Assembly: GCF_037042905.1 (NCBI RefSeq)
Contig: NC_087255.1
Coordinates: 22,010,001 to 22,074,000, forward strand
From: Lytechinus pictus
Lineage: Eukaryota
Length of the DNA: 64,000 bases
Direction of reading: 5' to 3'
Notes under the pieces: model-generated
What the model was told of the DNA's origin: nothing
The model's database searches: none
What the model saw: only the letters and a program-made list of their open reading frames with translations
Program-made: the position numbers and the translations under genes
In this document: piece by piece, positions 39,010-54,363 of the stretch
Position numbering within the stretch: the stretch's first letter is position 1
Layout: every line of letters begins with the position of its first letter

Positions 39010-40756
39010 TTAATAGCACAACTCAAAATGCTACTCTGGTGAAAAATCCCCCCCCCCCAAAAAAAAAAAAGTAATCTGAGGTTAATTTACACTTTGAAAT
39101 ATCCCACAATTTTAACATGATGCTGCTGCAATATTGTGAACTCTTATTTCTGTTATTACCAGATTAAGAATTCTTACCAAAAAAATTTGACACCGAGATC
39201 AATAAGGTGTCAAAATAATATCTAAATGTCGCCCTCATTTTCATTTAGATTTTGTTACGTATGTAATCGAACTATTTACAAGTCTGCTATATGCTTGGCA
39301 ACCAAGACATCTGAAAAATTCGTGCACTTCCTCATTGGTAAAACCTAAAACACATAAAGGAGTATATTTTTGGCAGGGGCGGACCCGGACCCGCAAGGGG
39401 AGAGGTAAATGCCCCTATGATCTAAAAATCATAGGAAAGGGAGCGATAGAGATTGAAAAGGAAAGGCAAAATATAGGTTTAGATATTTCAATACCACTTT
39501 GTATGATAAAATTGACCGTATTGCCCCTTAATCAAAATATCTTGGGACTGCCCCTTTTTTCGGGGGGGGGGGTTGGAGGGGGTTTTGTCATTTCAATCTG
39601 TAATTTCCTGGTTCTCTCTTCTCTTGGCAATACTCCTGTGCACAAGACTTGTAAACAGATTTTGAATGATCATTGAATAAAAAATTACTAAGGTCATCTC
39701 GGGAATGTGACGTCAAAAATCATAGTTCTTGTAAGCTTTGTACATATTAAAACCTTTGTAATATGTTTATACGTTTTTTTTCTATCCAATTAATGTAATT
39801 AATTATCATGATTGCTATCCTATGATATTACCCTCTCTATTGATTTGTAAGCCTTTGTGCAGGATTATGTTTTAAAGTTTAAGAGGGTTCATACTGAATA
39901 TTAATTATGTTATTATAATTACTCTACTGTATAATGAGCTTAGAAAGTATTAAGCGTTATTATAAATGGAACGATTATTTTCATTATTAAGTATGGATAA
40001 TTTTAAATGTCTGTATAAAAAGAAATGTTTTTGTTTTGTTATTATTGGCGTGGTTGTGGTTGTTAATTTGGGTGATGTTGTTGATGTTGTTGTTAATCTC
40101 CTAATGAGGTAGAATTGCTGACTCCCAGCAGAATATTGGTTGCCATCACAAGAACATCTCTATGAAATGAAAAGATCCTGGTCGAATCGTTACATAAAAT
40201 CAATATTTAACTGGAAAATAGATCAACATTGCACTTCATCAGTACGACAGTACACCAGACGGTGGCCTGTACTGTTTCCAGAAGAAGAAGAAGAAGAGTA
40301 CGGCGAAATACAATAATTTGAAAGGGAAAATATAACACAACACTACTGAATAAACAAACCGATGTTCAGCATGACCAAAATTGACATTTCATCTTTTCTC
40401 TTTGAAGTTTAAACACATTTAAATGTAGGACGAAGTTCACCAGTATCACGAATGCTGCACAAATAAGCGATATTTCAAACTTTTCATCGTGTCAATATAT
40501 GCATTTACACACAAAAAATAGGAGTCTTTTCCCCCGCCTGCAAAACGAAATTTAGTATGCAATCAAACGAATGGCCAATATTTCATTCCCCCTCCAAATT
40601 GTGCTCAATTCAAATAGATATACATAATTCAAACAGCATGAACTGGAGATAGTTTCTTCATTGACATTCAACAATCTTTACGGGAATACAAAAAATGGTT
40701 GAGACTAGCGAAAAATAACTCCTAGATATACATAAAAGTAGACGAAAGAGCATTAA

Positions 40757-41338
40757 AGGGGAATCCAACCCAAATAAAAATTTGTTTTTATAAGGAAAAG
40801 AAAAATCAGACGAGTTGATAGGTGAAAGTTTGAACAATATTGGACAAACGACAAGAAAGTTATGAATTTTTAAAAGTTGTAAATATTGGTAATCACTATA
40901 CCCATGGAGACTTCAAATTGGCCGCATATGGGATGTCATAGTGATGTATGGCAAGGACTACTCTTCCATGTACTCCAATACATACTATGGCTAAAATTTT
41001 ATTTTTCCCAAAAAGTTTTATTTCAAATTATATTGTTATTTCATGAAGACATGAAACAATATACTACCTTGGTTATAATTAGATTACTGCCCCAGGGGAA
41101 TGGGTACTTAGGAGAAAACCACAAATCCCTGATAATAAAGTAAAGTTGTCCTTGCCCCTTGTCATAATTTACTGACCCAGTTGCCAATTTGAAATCTACA
41201 TAGTATTAGTGATCTCAATTTTAATGCAGCTATAACTTTCTTATTGCTTGTCCGATTTCTTTCAAACTTTCACCATTCTGTTTTATTTATTTATTTCCTT
41301 CCCAACACAACATTTTATGGCCAAGGCTGGATTCCCCT
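40757..41338. mobile_element. Non-autonomous Kolobok-like MITE
   Basis: TTAA|AGGGGAATCCA...TGGATTCCCCT|TTAA. Confidence 0.85.
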
Positions 41339-42476
41339 TTAAGTTGACAATGGCTCATGAACAATATTCCTAAATTATTAGATTATGCACGAATATAGAT
41401 GCAAACGCTCATGCAGGAAGGTTATTTAAATTTGCATTAAATAGGCGTGTTTATTTATTTTTTTTTCATTTACAAACTGAAATGCGAAAGGTCTTTCGCA
41501 CTGTAAGTGTTCATCAAACCTATATAAGAAAATTACGATATCACAAAGGAACGCTTATTACCTATTTTAATTCAACGATTCCGGAGTTCAAGAAAACCGA
41601 GCCAAGACCGGACAAAACTTAAACTGTAAACAGCTAGTCTCAAAATATACCCTTTTTGATAAAATATTGAAAATAAACTAGCCTATAATTGTATTAGTGA
41701 AGACAAAATAAAAATTTTGGAGAGGAAAGGACTTCTTTTGCTATTTGGTAACATAATTGTTGTGGTATGTAATATATTCGGGTAGTGAATTTGTGTTTCA
41801 TCATTCAAATGGGTCTATATTACAAGACTACATTGCTCAGAATGATGTATTATGGGTGAGGAAACGGGCCAGATTTGAGTAGTTTAGGACGAGAGATGGT
41901 ACTAGAGGCTGCTCGTTCGTATTTGCTTTTAAAGATTGCTCTAATCTGAGATCATTGTGATTTGAACAAGCTAATGTAATAATGATAAACAGTTTCATCG
42001 AAATAGGATAAAAACCTACAAAGCTGTTATAAATCAGTCTATGATCCAGTGTTTCCCAAAACAGTAATCAAGGCTGAAAGCCATGGCCCTTGGAAGCGGG
42101 GGTGCTGGGGTGCTGCGTGTATTATTCTCCATAGGCAGCACCCCTGGAATTTTGTAAGGTAAGATAAATGGAGAAATGTAACTAAAATTACTTTCATTTT
42201 GTAGTGAAACCTTTTTTTTTTCTTCTTTTTTCTTCAAATTTCTCGGGACCAAATTGACTTCCATTTTATTGTGACTTTATTTTTAATATACATCAACACC
42301 CCCAGTAAAAAAAAATCGTTCCAAGGGACGTGATGAAAGCTATGATGATGTAACAAAACCACAAATAAAAAATACTCATAAGAATATAATTATAATATCG
42401 TTGTTGTCTTCATATGTCAAACAAATACGATACGTTTATACTGATACAGGTCAGAGTAATGCACATGTATGGGAAA

Positions 42477-42901
42477 AGGCCACCGCACACCTAACGACTG
42501 TTCGCGATCCGATTTTGGAACAAATCGCATTTTGCTCATTTTCTGAAAATGAGAATGGAACATATCATTTTATTTGAGGTTTAAATTAATTGAAAGAATA
42601 CTAATATAACTATTTTGAAAGACTGCAAGCCTTTATTTTGGAGTAAAGGCCAAATTAGTTTCAAATCGTAGCCAATCGTACGACTGCTATATATGACGTC
42701 ATTACGACTAGATATTAAATTCGCTTTTATTCTAAGAAGGATGATAGCATAGTCACATATTTCAACATACATGTAGGTATTCATACGATGATTTAGAACA
42801 TTGCACAGTAAGTTATTCCAAGTCTCAATGTTAGCATCAAATTCTACTACATTTTATTCTGAAATCGGGTCGCAGACCAATCGTAAGGTGTGCGGTCGCC
42901 T
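42477..42901. mobile_element. MITE
   Basis: TIR AGGCCACCGCACACCTAACGA / TCGTAAGGTGTGCGGTCGCCT. Confidence 0.75.
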
Positions 42902-44409
42902 TAAAATGAATATTTTGCTAGTCATCGTTGTGTGAAATCATCATTCGACATATTTGCATATAAGGCTATCGTATATCTAGGGTATGTGAAATCTAACAAA
43001 AGGAGCTTCCCTAATAATCATGCTAATTTTTACAATTGATTATATCGTTATAACATAATTTTTCATGCAATTGAATTGTTTATTGTATATGTAACAGGGC
43101 ACAGATTATTGTTTCATAGGAAAAAAAACATGGTAAAATTTGAAAAGTCCATGCATTTATTTGTCAGGTGATATTGATAGATTTGTTGTTGTTTGGTTTG
43201 TTTAATTTCACTTGATTTATTCAAGGAACTTGATCTCAGGGTGGGTCGGTGTAGAATCGGGATCGTTAGTGAATGCATCGTATTCCTATTTAGCTTAGCC
43301 TGCCTTCTGAATAACATCATGGAGAAAACGAATTGACCAGAAAATCTAGAAGCATGACTCTTTACAAAAACCACATGCAATCTATATAGTTTATTTATGT
43401 TTATTTATTTATTGTTTATTTATTTACTTACTTATTTATTTATATGTATGTTTATTTGAACACATTTATACAGGATAAACCATGATCAGCAGCAGCCGCA
43501 AATTTGCGTCATCATGATCATGGTCCTATTCAGGGACATAAAAATGATGAATACTATAATAATATGAAATGAATGTACATACGCAATCTATGACAGAAGT
43601 TGCATGGAAATTAGAAGAGCAAGGGGGTGGGGAAAAGATGCGGAATTCAGAAGGAAAGGCAGAAGAATAATAAGAGAGAGGGGGAAAGGAAAGAAGCGGT
43701 AGAGGTAGTGTAGTGTGTGGGTGATCGAGGGTGGGGTGTGAGTGTGTGTGTGTAAAAGAGAGAGAGAGGGGGGAGATAATAGAGCTCTGCACCATGATAC
43801 AAAATAAACTGCAATTACAAATTAAAATAGCTATGAAATATCAATCTGCTGTCCACTTATGAAATATCTATTTCTGTAAGACCGCGTGAAGGGTTTGGGT
43901 CGTGTAGTATTTTGAAATTCATTTGGAAAGGGGATCGATGTCTTCATATAATAAAGATTGCTTAAAACATCCAGTATTAGGCCTAGGTAACACAGTATAT
44001 AGTATTATGATCGAGGCAAATATCATGGAGACATATAGAGATATACACCAGAGATATAGGCTTCCTTTTCCCGTAAACCTTTCCTCTTGTTATTAAGATC
44101 TATACATGTTTGGCGCACTTTGCAGCAAACTTTGTACCGTTGCAAGATTTGCACACCTGACGGCCGGCCCGGGTAAAAAGGTGGAGCGAGGTGTCACTGT
44201 TGCACTCAGATTTCTCTAATCGTTTTCTTCAATCTCCTATGGAAAATTTTCTGTATTGTACGGTTCAGTATTATATGATGCAATTAGGATAAGCAAACAC
44301 AACCTTTGCGCCTGTCGTATCAGCATTTGCAAACACCCGTGAGATGCGAGCAGATTGCTGGTTTGGTAAAATTCTCCCATTATAGGGTCAATATTTTATC
44401 AGCGATGCT

Positions 44410-47400
44410 ATGGATGAGGTGGGCATCAGAAAATCAAAAGGCTTTGACAACGTAACATCCACTCTGAAACAGGTCGCGCAAGATATCGGAAATATATACC
44501 AAACGACGATGAATGGGGATGTTATCCACGACGCCGACGACGCCGTCGCCTTGGAGAACGGTGAGATGACGGAGTTTCGTGATAGCGACGAGGAGAGCAA
44601 TAGCGGTAAGCGACGATGTCCGTCATGGCTAAACGCGGAGAACATCCTCCTCTTCCTCTTGATCTTCTCCGTTATCATGGGCTTCGTGCTCGGGTACGTG
44701 CTCGGGCTCTTCTTTGACTTCACCCAGGATCAGATCAACTACCTAACCTTTCCTGGAACACTCTTCATGAACATGCTGAAGATGATGATCGTTCCCCTCA
44801 TCGTGTCCAGTCTCATCAACAGTCTGGCGTCGCTCGACTCGGCGATGTCGGGTAAGCTGGGGCTCAGGGCGGTGTGTTACTACATGTTGACTACCTTCAT
44901 CGCAGTCATCCTCGGAATCGTTCTCGTGGTCTCCATTCAGCCTGGTAATCGAGGCGGAGCAGAGAAAGACCCCGATGGCGAAGAGGAAGAGGTTAATACA
45001 GCCTACGCCTTCATGGATCTTATCTTGTAAGTCATGATTTTTTTTTCTGAATTCTGACGAATCGAAAATGACCACTGAAAATAATAGGGACTGTCATTAA
45101 TGATTATGAATAACGAAGTCAATGATTTAATGTGGTTTCTAAATTATCATATTTTGTGCTATTTTACTTTTGAGTTTCTGTATTCCCGACTTGTAATGAG
45201 GGTAGACGTGTGTTTTGTTTATTCATTCAGGATGATTTTGTAGTTTTGTATTGCATGACGAAGATTAAGAAGATCTTGTTGATGGTGAACGCAGAAGTGT
45301 GTTGGCATTTATTTCATGATGATTTTGTCAATCGATTTGTTTTTAAAGTTTGTGATTTCAATGAGACTGATGACGGAGAATATGATGGTGGTGATTATGA
45401 TAAAAATGATGGCGGTGACGATTTTCATGATTATTCCACTTGTTAAGATAAATAATATAAGTTCAGGTAAACGTCCATGGATTACAAAAGGTATGTATAC
45501 TACAATCTATCAAAAGAAGAAATGTCTTGCAAAGAAAATAATTCCCGTAGAAATTAATTACAAGGAATATTTACACGAGAGGTTCGAATAATCTATTTTC
45601 CTAAAATCAGCTGATCATCTTAAGATATTAAACATTGTTAAGTCTCTCAAAAACAGTAGGTCATTTGGGCATGATGAAATAAGTTCAGCATTGCTAAAGC
45701 AAATAATTGGCTCAATCCTAACTCCTTTACTACATAATAATCTGTCCATTTCAACTTGTGTGTTCCCTTCTTTTCTCAAACTAGCCAAGGTTATTCCTGT
45801 TCATAAAATGGGATAGCACCACCACCATACGTAACTATAGACCAATTTCAATTTTGTCTAGTTTTTCCAAAAAAAAATGTTTATAACAAATTAATCCCCT
45901 TTCTCGACAAAAATCACCTTTCAATCCCAACCAGTTGGATTTCACAGGTATCACTCAACGGACCTTGCGTTGTTGAAATTTTGTTACTATAAAATGTGTC
46001 CAGTTCTCTGGCAAATCGTTAGCACGTTATTGGTGTATTCTTCGACCTGAGCAAGGCATTTGACACCCTTGACCATTCAATACTGTTTCATAAGCTTCAT
46101 CATTATGGAGTAAGGGGCATTTCCCTAAACTGGTTTACTAGTTATCTTTCAAATAGAAGACAATAGACATGCTAGATTTTTCTTATTCTGGTATATCAGT
46201 TTTAAGGTGCGGTGTACCGGAAGGTTCTATATTGGGTCCTTTGTTATTTCTGATTTATATCAATGATATTTTTTTGGTGTCAAAAACATTAAATAACAGG
46301 TTGTTTGCAGATGACACAAGTGTTTTTCTATCACACCGTGATATTGATATCTTAGAAAACACCATTAATGTCGAACTTTCGAAACTATCTAATTGGTTTC
46401 GAAGTAATATGTTATCACTGAATGTTAAGAAAACAAATTATATACATTTTAAAGTTAGGAATTCAGGTGCTGACCATGATTTAAGATTGAAACTTGACAA
46501 TGCTTTGTTGGAAAGAAAGACGTCTACTAGTTTCCTTGGGGTCTACATTAGTGATCAACTTAATTGGAACGATCACTTGAAACACATCAGTAAACCAATT
46601 TTTCGAAATATAGGTATACTATATAAAGTCTACCTTGTACCTGGTAAAATACTATACATTTTGTACAATACTCTTATTCTACCTTATGTGTCATATTGCA
46701 ATATTCTTTGGGCAACATCAAGGAGTGTCACAAACACAACTATCCTATTGCAAAAGAAAGCTGATGAGTTTCTCTTTCATATCCATGCAAAATAATTTCA
46801 CAAAATGAAAAATGATCCTCTAGATTTGGATTACCTTTTTTCTTTACCTACCTGCTTCTTAGTATTTTCTTTTATACATATATGTATTTTGTATTTTCAA
46901 AGGTGTGACAACGGCTCAAGCATCTGCTTATATTGTCATCAGCTGAAAGTCTGCCACTTTCATTTTATGTNNNNNNNNNNNNNNNNNNNNNNNNNNNNNN
47001 NNNNNNNNNNNNNNNNNNNNNNNNNNNNNNNNNNNNNNNNNNNNNNNNNNNNNNNNNNNNNNNNNNNNNNNNNNNNNNNNNNNNNNNNNNNNNNNNNNNN
47101 NNNNNNNNNNNNNNNNNNNNNNNNNNNNNNNNNNNNNNNNNNNNNNNNNNNNNNNNNNNNNNNNNNNNNNNNNNNNNNNNNNNNNNNNNNNNNNNNNNNN
47201 NNNNNNNNNNNNNNNNNNNNNNNNNNNNNNNNNNNNNNNNNNNNNNNNNNNNNNNNNNNNNNNNNNNNNNNNNNNNNNNNNNNNNNNNNNNNNNCGAGTT
47301 TGACAGTGGTAATTTGGCAATGGCGACGATGGTAATGATTATGGAGGTTAGGATGTCGGTGCTGATATTGATATGTAATAATGATGATCACGATCGCGAT

Positions 47401-50400
47401 GGCGAAAAAATATTCTATTACACTTCATATTGTTTAGATTAGAACGAATAAAAATAAAAAGTAGACGATGGAAAAGATGCTTGATAAGATTACTTCTGAG
47501 CTATTCTGGATACTCTGGACTTCAGTCTTTAATTTTGACTTGTCCTTTATCACAAATGAATTTTAGACGACATATTCCCTCGGATAAGACGGTAAAGCCA
47601 TAGATTCCGCGATACATAAATCAAATAGCTTTCTCTGAATATCAACAAGTTATGTTGTCTTGTTTCGCTTCTTTTTTTTTGTTTTTGGCTTCTCATATTA
47701 AACGAAGGGAGGCACCAATTATCTGCATTAAATTATGACGTAGCAATATTTTTTCAGTGCCAACGCCCAATCAAAACATTGAGTCGGAATCGCATGACTT
47801 AATGATAACAAGGAACAGAAACCGAGTTGTACTTATCAATCAAGCACGAACTGATAACAACCTTTCTTGCGTGGGCCTATGGGGGGGGGGGCTTATATCA
47901 GAGGTGTTAACTACACAAATCATAATCACACTTGAATCTTTCGATTTTTTTTTACGAAACAATATTTAGGCGATGTCAAGTGAACTAGACACACAAGAAA
48001 TAATGAACTCTTCAATAAATGGAAATGATGCACATCAAAGAAAAGATTATGATCATTTGTAGACATATAAACGTTTTGTCTATACAGAAGTCTCCCCCCC
48101 CCCTCCCATCAGAAAATCTAAATGTACTTTTTGCAGGTTATGTGAATCACTCAACGTTCAGAAAAAAGTGGCCTATTTGCTAAACAAATTTGGTTAGTTT
48201 TGTAATCCTTTTGTTTTGTTTTTGTTTTCTGATGTTTATGGGTTTTTTTTTCTAACAGGACCCAAAACATCGAAACGAGACGATAATTATATTCATTTAA
48301 GGAGATAAATATTTTGAAGTAAAAGAAAATGATGATATGACGAGAAGTGCCAATAATATGTATGCTTACGAAACAAAGATCGTTCTTGAACGAAATCGTT
48401 ATAAGAAGCTATGTGACGACAGATGGCCCGATATTTAGTAGCAGGAGCTGAGCTACGAAAGTAGCATGATCTTTATTCTTTGTGCATTTTTAATAACTCA
48501 TAAACTATGTTATAACTGTTATGGATAACTATGCCTTCTATTGGTAAAAGTCATGGTAACAATGCTCACTGAAGCCAATCAAAATCAAGGATTTCGTAAA
48601 AGTTTCCATTGGATGGCAAAATTTCTTTAATAGATATTAAAAGATACTGTGAGTGTAAGCCTCTCCCGTTTCAGGGTCACTAAATGTACCCGTCCCTTTA
48701 TACACTCTTAAAAATGTTGGCAACATACTGTCCACACAATAATTGGTTAAAAACTTATCAATTCTGGGTAGTTTTCAACCAATAATGTGTGCTTTGGGTG
48801 AAAACTACACAGTGTTGGTTGAAAACTACCCAAAGTTGGATAATCTTTTTAACCAATAATGTTGTGTGGACAGTATGTTGCCCAACATTTTAAGAGTGCA
48901 ACATTTAAGATGATTAAAATGAACTAGAATTTAATTCGTCATGCGGACGAATTAGGTGGTCTGTCCTTATTTTATTGTACAAAATGCTTTTGGAAGTGTG
49001 CCCTCCATATTTTGATCAGATGCCGGGATCATAAATAGACAGACAGATAGATAGTAAGATAGATAGATTTACAACATAAATAGTGTTTTATTTTGTAATA
49101 TTTTAACTATTATTCATTGGAATTCTTATAAATCATCGTGTGCAAGATGAAAACAAAAATCATGTTCACCCACGAACTAGAATCCCTGCCCGCATGACTG
49201 AATGAGATGCAAGTCTGACGCCTAACTGATTGAGCTAAAATATTTCCCATAGTCTTTACACGTATGCAAAATACGAGAATCTCAAAATTGAAATATTGCA
49301 AGTGAAATACGGGCATGATCCCGACATCTGTTCGGAAAATAAAGGCAACACTAGCGAAAGCTTAGAATCTCAGCTACAACATTCTAAAAATTCAAGGATA
49401 ACTAACAAGAAAAAAATAAATAGAGGAATGTTGTGAAGGACGGAAGATGATAAAGTCGCTTTAGTATATGGTGATGCATGTGATATGAAAAAAATAATTA
49501 AAATGTGTTTATCTTGCTAAATTTTAACTTTCATACCTTTTAATTATCATAAAGGATCATGTACGAGCTGGTAAAAAGAAAAAAAAATGAAAAAAAAAAT
49601 CATCTGGTTCACCCCAGGACTCGAACCTGCGCCCCCGAGAACGCAAGTCAAGTGCGATATCCATTGAACCACGATATTCCCCATAGAGATTACACGTTCC
49701 CATAGAGATTACACGTAAGCAAATTTGAGAATTGCAAATCCAACTTTGCAAGCGAAAAACGGGCATGATCCCGGTATCTGATCAAAAAATGGAGGGCACA
49801 CTTCCGAAAGCTGAGAATCTTAGCTACAACATATTCAAAGCTCAGAGACAACTGACAAAAGAAAATGGAGATATAGCTCACGAAATAGAGGAATGTAGAA
49901 TCTAGTTTTGAGAAAAAGTCATGTCCCATAGAGATTACACGCAAAATGAGTAAAAATGACATGCCTTTATTATTTGCAATATTTCAAGATGATCTGTTCA
50001 TTAAAATGAAAAATAAAGGCAATAACTCAGAAAGAGTAAGACCTAAGCTACAACATATCGAAAATTGGGCGAAAATTGACTAATATTCACGGAGTTAGAG
50101 CCTAATTTGCATAATTGTTATGACGTCATAACAAGCAAAATGGATATTTTGATTTCCAACGCAGTTTTGATGACGTCATGATCAAATTGAGAGACAATGG
50201 TGACATGAAATCAAATCTACAACTCATATTCTATCGACATTTGAAAAAAAAATTGGGGGTCAACGGACTATTTAAAGGGCTACAGTGAATTTTCAATAGG
50301 CATGTTTTTGCCCATATATAGCCTATAAAGAGAGCTCGCACGCACACGTGCTGCAAACTTTAACGGGTGTTAATTTCGTTATTAATGGTCATAGAAGATT

Positions 50401-53400
50401 GATCAAGGTATCAAATTGCTCAGAATTATATCATCAATGCAATGATGTAAAAAAACTGTGTTTCTGTGATGCGTTATGGCGTTACGCGCGGAAACGCGCG
50501 CGCATACGTGCGTGCGCGCAAATTTTTTGAAATGCTTAAAATGACTTGAAACGTACCCAAAAAAATTTATAGGCCATTTGGAGAATTTTTTTGGCTTTGA
50601 CGCGCGCGTACGCGCGCGTCTTGACCTTTACATGACCTTTGATGACATTGACAGATGACCTTTGACCTAAAGTTTATGTGATGTAAATATGGTTGATTAT
50701 TGATGATCCATTATGTTGATATGATCAAATTGAGAATTTTACAAAATGGCGCGTAGATGACGTAATCATGACCAGATGACCTTGAAAAGCTTAGTATGCC
50801 GTCTCTATGATAGACTCCATATATGACAGAAAAATCAGCCAAATTGATTCAGCCAATTCGGAGAAAAGTTGGCGACAAACATAGGTGCTAAAAATAAATA
50901 ATAAAGAAAGAAAATTCTGACGAAATTAAGAGGTGATCTGTCATAGACAGACCACCTAATAAATAGACCTTGCTCCAATGTCACTTTTTTACAGGGGAAT
51001 TGATCTACCCTGTCTGGACGTAATAAAACCTTATTCAAGTTAATTATGGGCGGGTTTGCAAACGTGACATGCACAAACATAATCAAATACCACCAACTCA
51101 TATCGGAATAAGAATCCGGCTCTTAATAGTATCTTGAGCTAATGATTAACGATGTAGCATTCCTCTCATATACGACACGCGCCATTTTCTACAACAACAT
51201 CATGCAATAACAAAACCAAAACAGATACATTATATATACATGTATTCATCTATAACACCGCGAAAGAAGTATTAACGTTGCCAATTCATATATTTCTGAT
51301 CATATTTTTGCATATGAAACCATTATTCTTGTTTGAACTACGCCCCACTTTAAAACTGTATTATGTATACGCTTATATATGTTCATAGTTTAGAATGTTG
51401 CTATTTCGTCGATTTTGTGCTGAGTTTCATATCTAATATGTACATCTGAAATCATCATCTATACTTCACATCTCTTTATTACAATGTGTGCACATAATAA
51501 AAAAGGATGCAAGTTTACAGATTTTGTACAGAATTTCATTTACGCATATAAAATCATCATTCAGACTCCATCCCTTTTCAAAATAGTTATGAGCACATAA
51601 TTCGAATTGGTGCCATTCACACATAGATTCACTGCTGAGATTCACATCTGAAATCTGAGATACATCTGAAAATATCATTAATATCACACCCTCTTTTAAA
51701 CAATTTACATTATGCACATAATTTAAAAGGTTATCATTTTCATAGTTTTTATAGTTTGATTTCCCTTGTAAAACGATATAAATTATGCACACATAATTCA
51801 GAACATTGCCATTTCACAGATTCTGTGCTGAAATCACATCCCAAGCCTTTGTGTAGCTGACATCATCATTTAAACTTCAGCGCTCTTTAAAGGACAAGTC
51901 CACCCCAACAAAAGTTGATTTTAATAAAAATAGAAAAATCCAACAAGCGTCACACTGAAAATTTCATCAAAATCGGATGTAAAATAAGAAAGTTATGACA
52001 TTTTCAATTTTATCACAAAATACTTATATGCACATCCTGGTCGATATGCAAATGATGATCTGATGACATCACTCATTCACTATTTCTTTTGTATATGAAA
52101 TATGAAATATTCAAATTTTCTCCGCATTGTCATGTAAAACAAAATTTCATTCCTCCCTGAACCATTGTTTAACATTTTATGGTTCAGTCAAGTTGGTCCT
52201 TATTGTCAAAATTGAAATATTGTATAATTCAAACAATAAAAAACCAAAGAAGTAGCGAGTGAGGGACATCGCCGATTCTCTCATTTGCATGTGACTAAAT
52301 TGTACAGATAACTATTTTGTGAAAAATAATGAAATAACTTTCTCAGTTTGCATCCGATTTTGATTAAATTTTCAGCATTATGCTTGTCTGATTTTTCTCC
52401 ATTGATTTAAATCAACATTTTTCTGAGGTGGAATTAACCTTTAAAACAACATGTATGTACACACGGAGGGTGTGATCCCCTCTAAAGCAATGCGCTGCAA
52501 TTAGGCAAATTTGTCATTGTTTGGTTGTATTGTTTTTCCGTTATTAGCATGTGGAAGCAATCGATGCCAATTGTGTATGTTAAGAAAAAGGATTGACTTT
52601 AAATAAAGACTAATAAAAACTCATTGGACTCTTTCAAACCTAAAATCACCCCAAAACTTAGTAAGTATAAGTAACCTGCTTGCTCGGTGATCTCACGTTC
52701 ATCAACAAAGTTGGCGGAGTACAGCAAGTCCGCTTATGCCGACTCAACCCAAGACAAGACAAGATTTGATGGTACATATGACTATCAAATTTATATCTGA
52801 ACCTGAAACTTTTACAAATACAATTATAACTCATGTGTAAGTTGCATCGACGAAGAAGAAATCAATTTTTATATAGCACTTGACTTCAGAAAGAATATTA
52901 TTTGAAATGTTCTTTCAATGATCGATTTATATTGTAATCATATCAAACTCAATATCAAACACATTTTGTTCATCGATTTATTAGCAAATACAGAAATGTG
53001 CACTCTATGTCCACTACAAACACAGATTCCCTTCCTCGTCATTCGGGCAAATTTTATCAAGACAAATTTAAGTTTGAGAGCAAATACAGAAATGTGCACT
53101 CTATGTCCACTACAAACACAGATTCCCTTCCTCGTCATTCGGGCAAATTTTATCAAGACAAATTTAAGTTTGAGAATGGCGCGTCAAGTCAAACAGATTG
53201 ACACCCTACAACAAAGAACCATAAAAAGTTATGATTGGTGTGCTAAAAATATAACTTTGATCATGAAGTAGTTCGTTTTACTCAGAAGGGTCATCATTTT
53301 CTTGCTCGTACATTGTTCGACTGGTATAACAAACGTTTCAAGACGTTCTTTTTGGAATCGAATTTCTCCAACGTAAATGCATGGTTTGAATCTTTATAAT

Positions 53401-54331
53401 TATCCAACTAGTGAGAAACGATGTATCGTTAATAATGTTAAACAATTACCATGAACTAATTATTTGCCTGGAACCAATCAAAACAAAACAATACAATACA
53501 ATACAGACACAAAAAATGAACAGAAATGAAATAAATCAAAAACGATAAAGCAAAACAAAACAAAGGGAATCATAATTCTCATTCTTGAAAATGATAGTAA
53601 ATTAAAAAAAATCCACTAATAATCCATGTTAATCCTACTTATCTATTTGATATGAATGGGTTATCCGGGGATGATTAAAATGACACGCCCATTTGCGTCA
53701 ATTCGTCAGATACTGCACGAAAATATAAACACAGCTGCCACCTATACCCCATTTTCCCGCCAATTCTCATCACATGATGTTGATTATATCCACCAATACA
53801 GAGATGATTGAAATACATATCACGCTCGCATATGACCTCAAATCGCACTTTCCAGGACCACATAGTAGTATATATGGTCCCTTGAGCATTGCTGAGACTT
53901 GAGAAAACTATACAAATCGACTCTTCTGTCCGAAATCATCCCAAAGCAGTATCGTAAATATTGAAATTTCTACCAATACCAATACCGAATATACCAGGAT
54001 TCTTAGAATCTTATCCAAGCAAAGATTGCGACTTCATGACCATGTCAATTGAGAGAACGTCAATATCATCTTGTCAATTCCTTAATTTATATGTATCCTC
54101 AAGATATCGAGAATAAATGTGTGATGATGCTGCAACGATGAATATTTTGAGACGATTGCATGATGAGAGATTGATTATGGTGCGACATTTAATTTGCCGA
54201 GATTTTGATAATGGTGACCGATGGGTTGCCCAGTTGTGTCAAGAAATGATAAGATAATGAATGATTGAAACGTTTCTCGTATGATGAGAGTGATAAGTTG
54301 GTATCAATGCTGGGGGAGGAGGAATGCATGG

Positions 54332-54363
<32 letters not shown>

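Noticed and set aside
46805-47442. ORFs spanning the N run
   Set aside because: Artefacts of the assembly gap.
49603-49673. tRNA gene on the - strand
   Set aside because: The stems are degenerate and it is embedded in a repeat; only the A and B boxes are recognisable.
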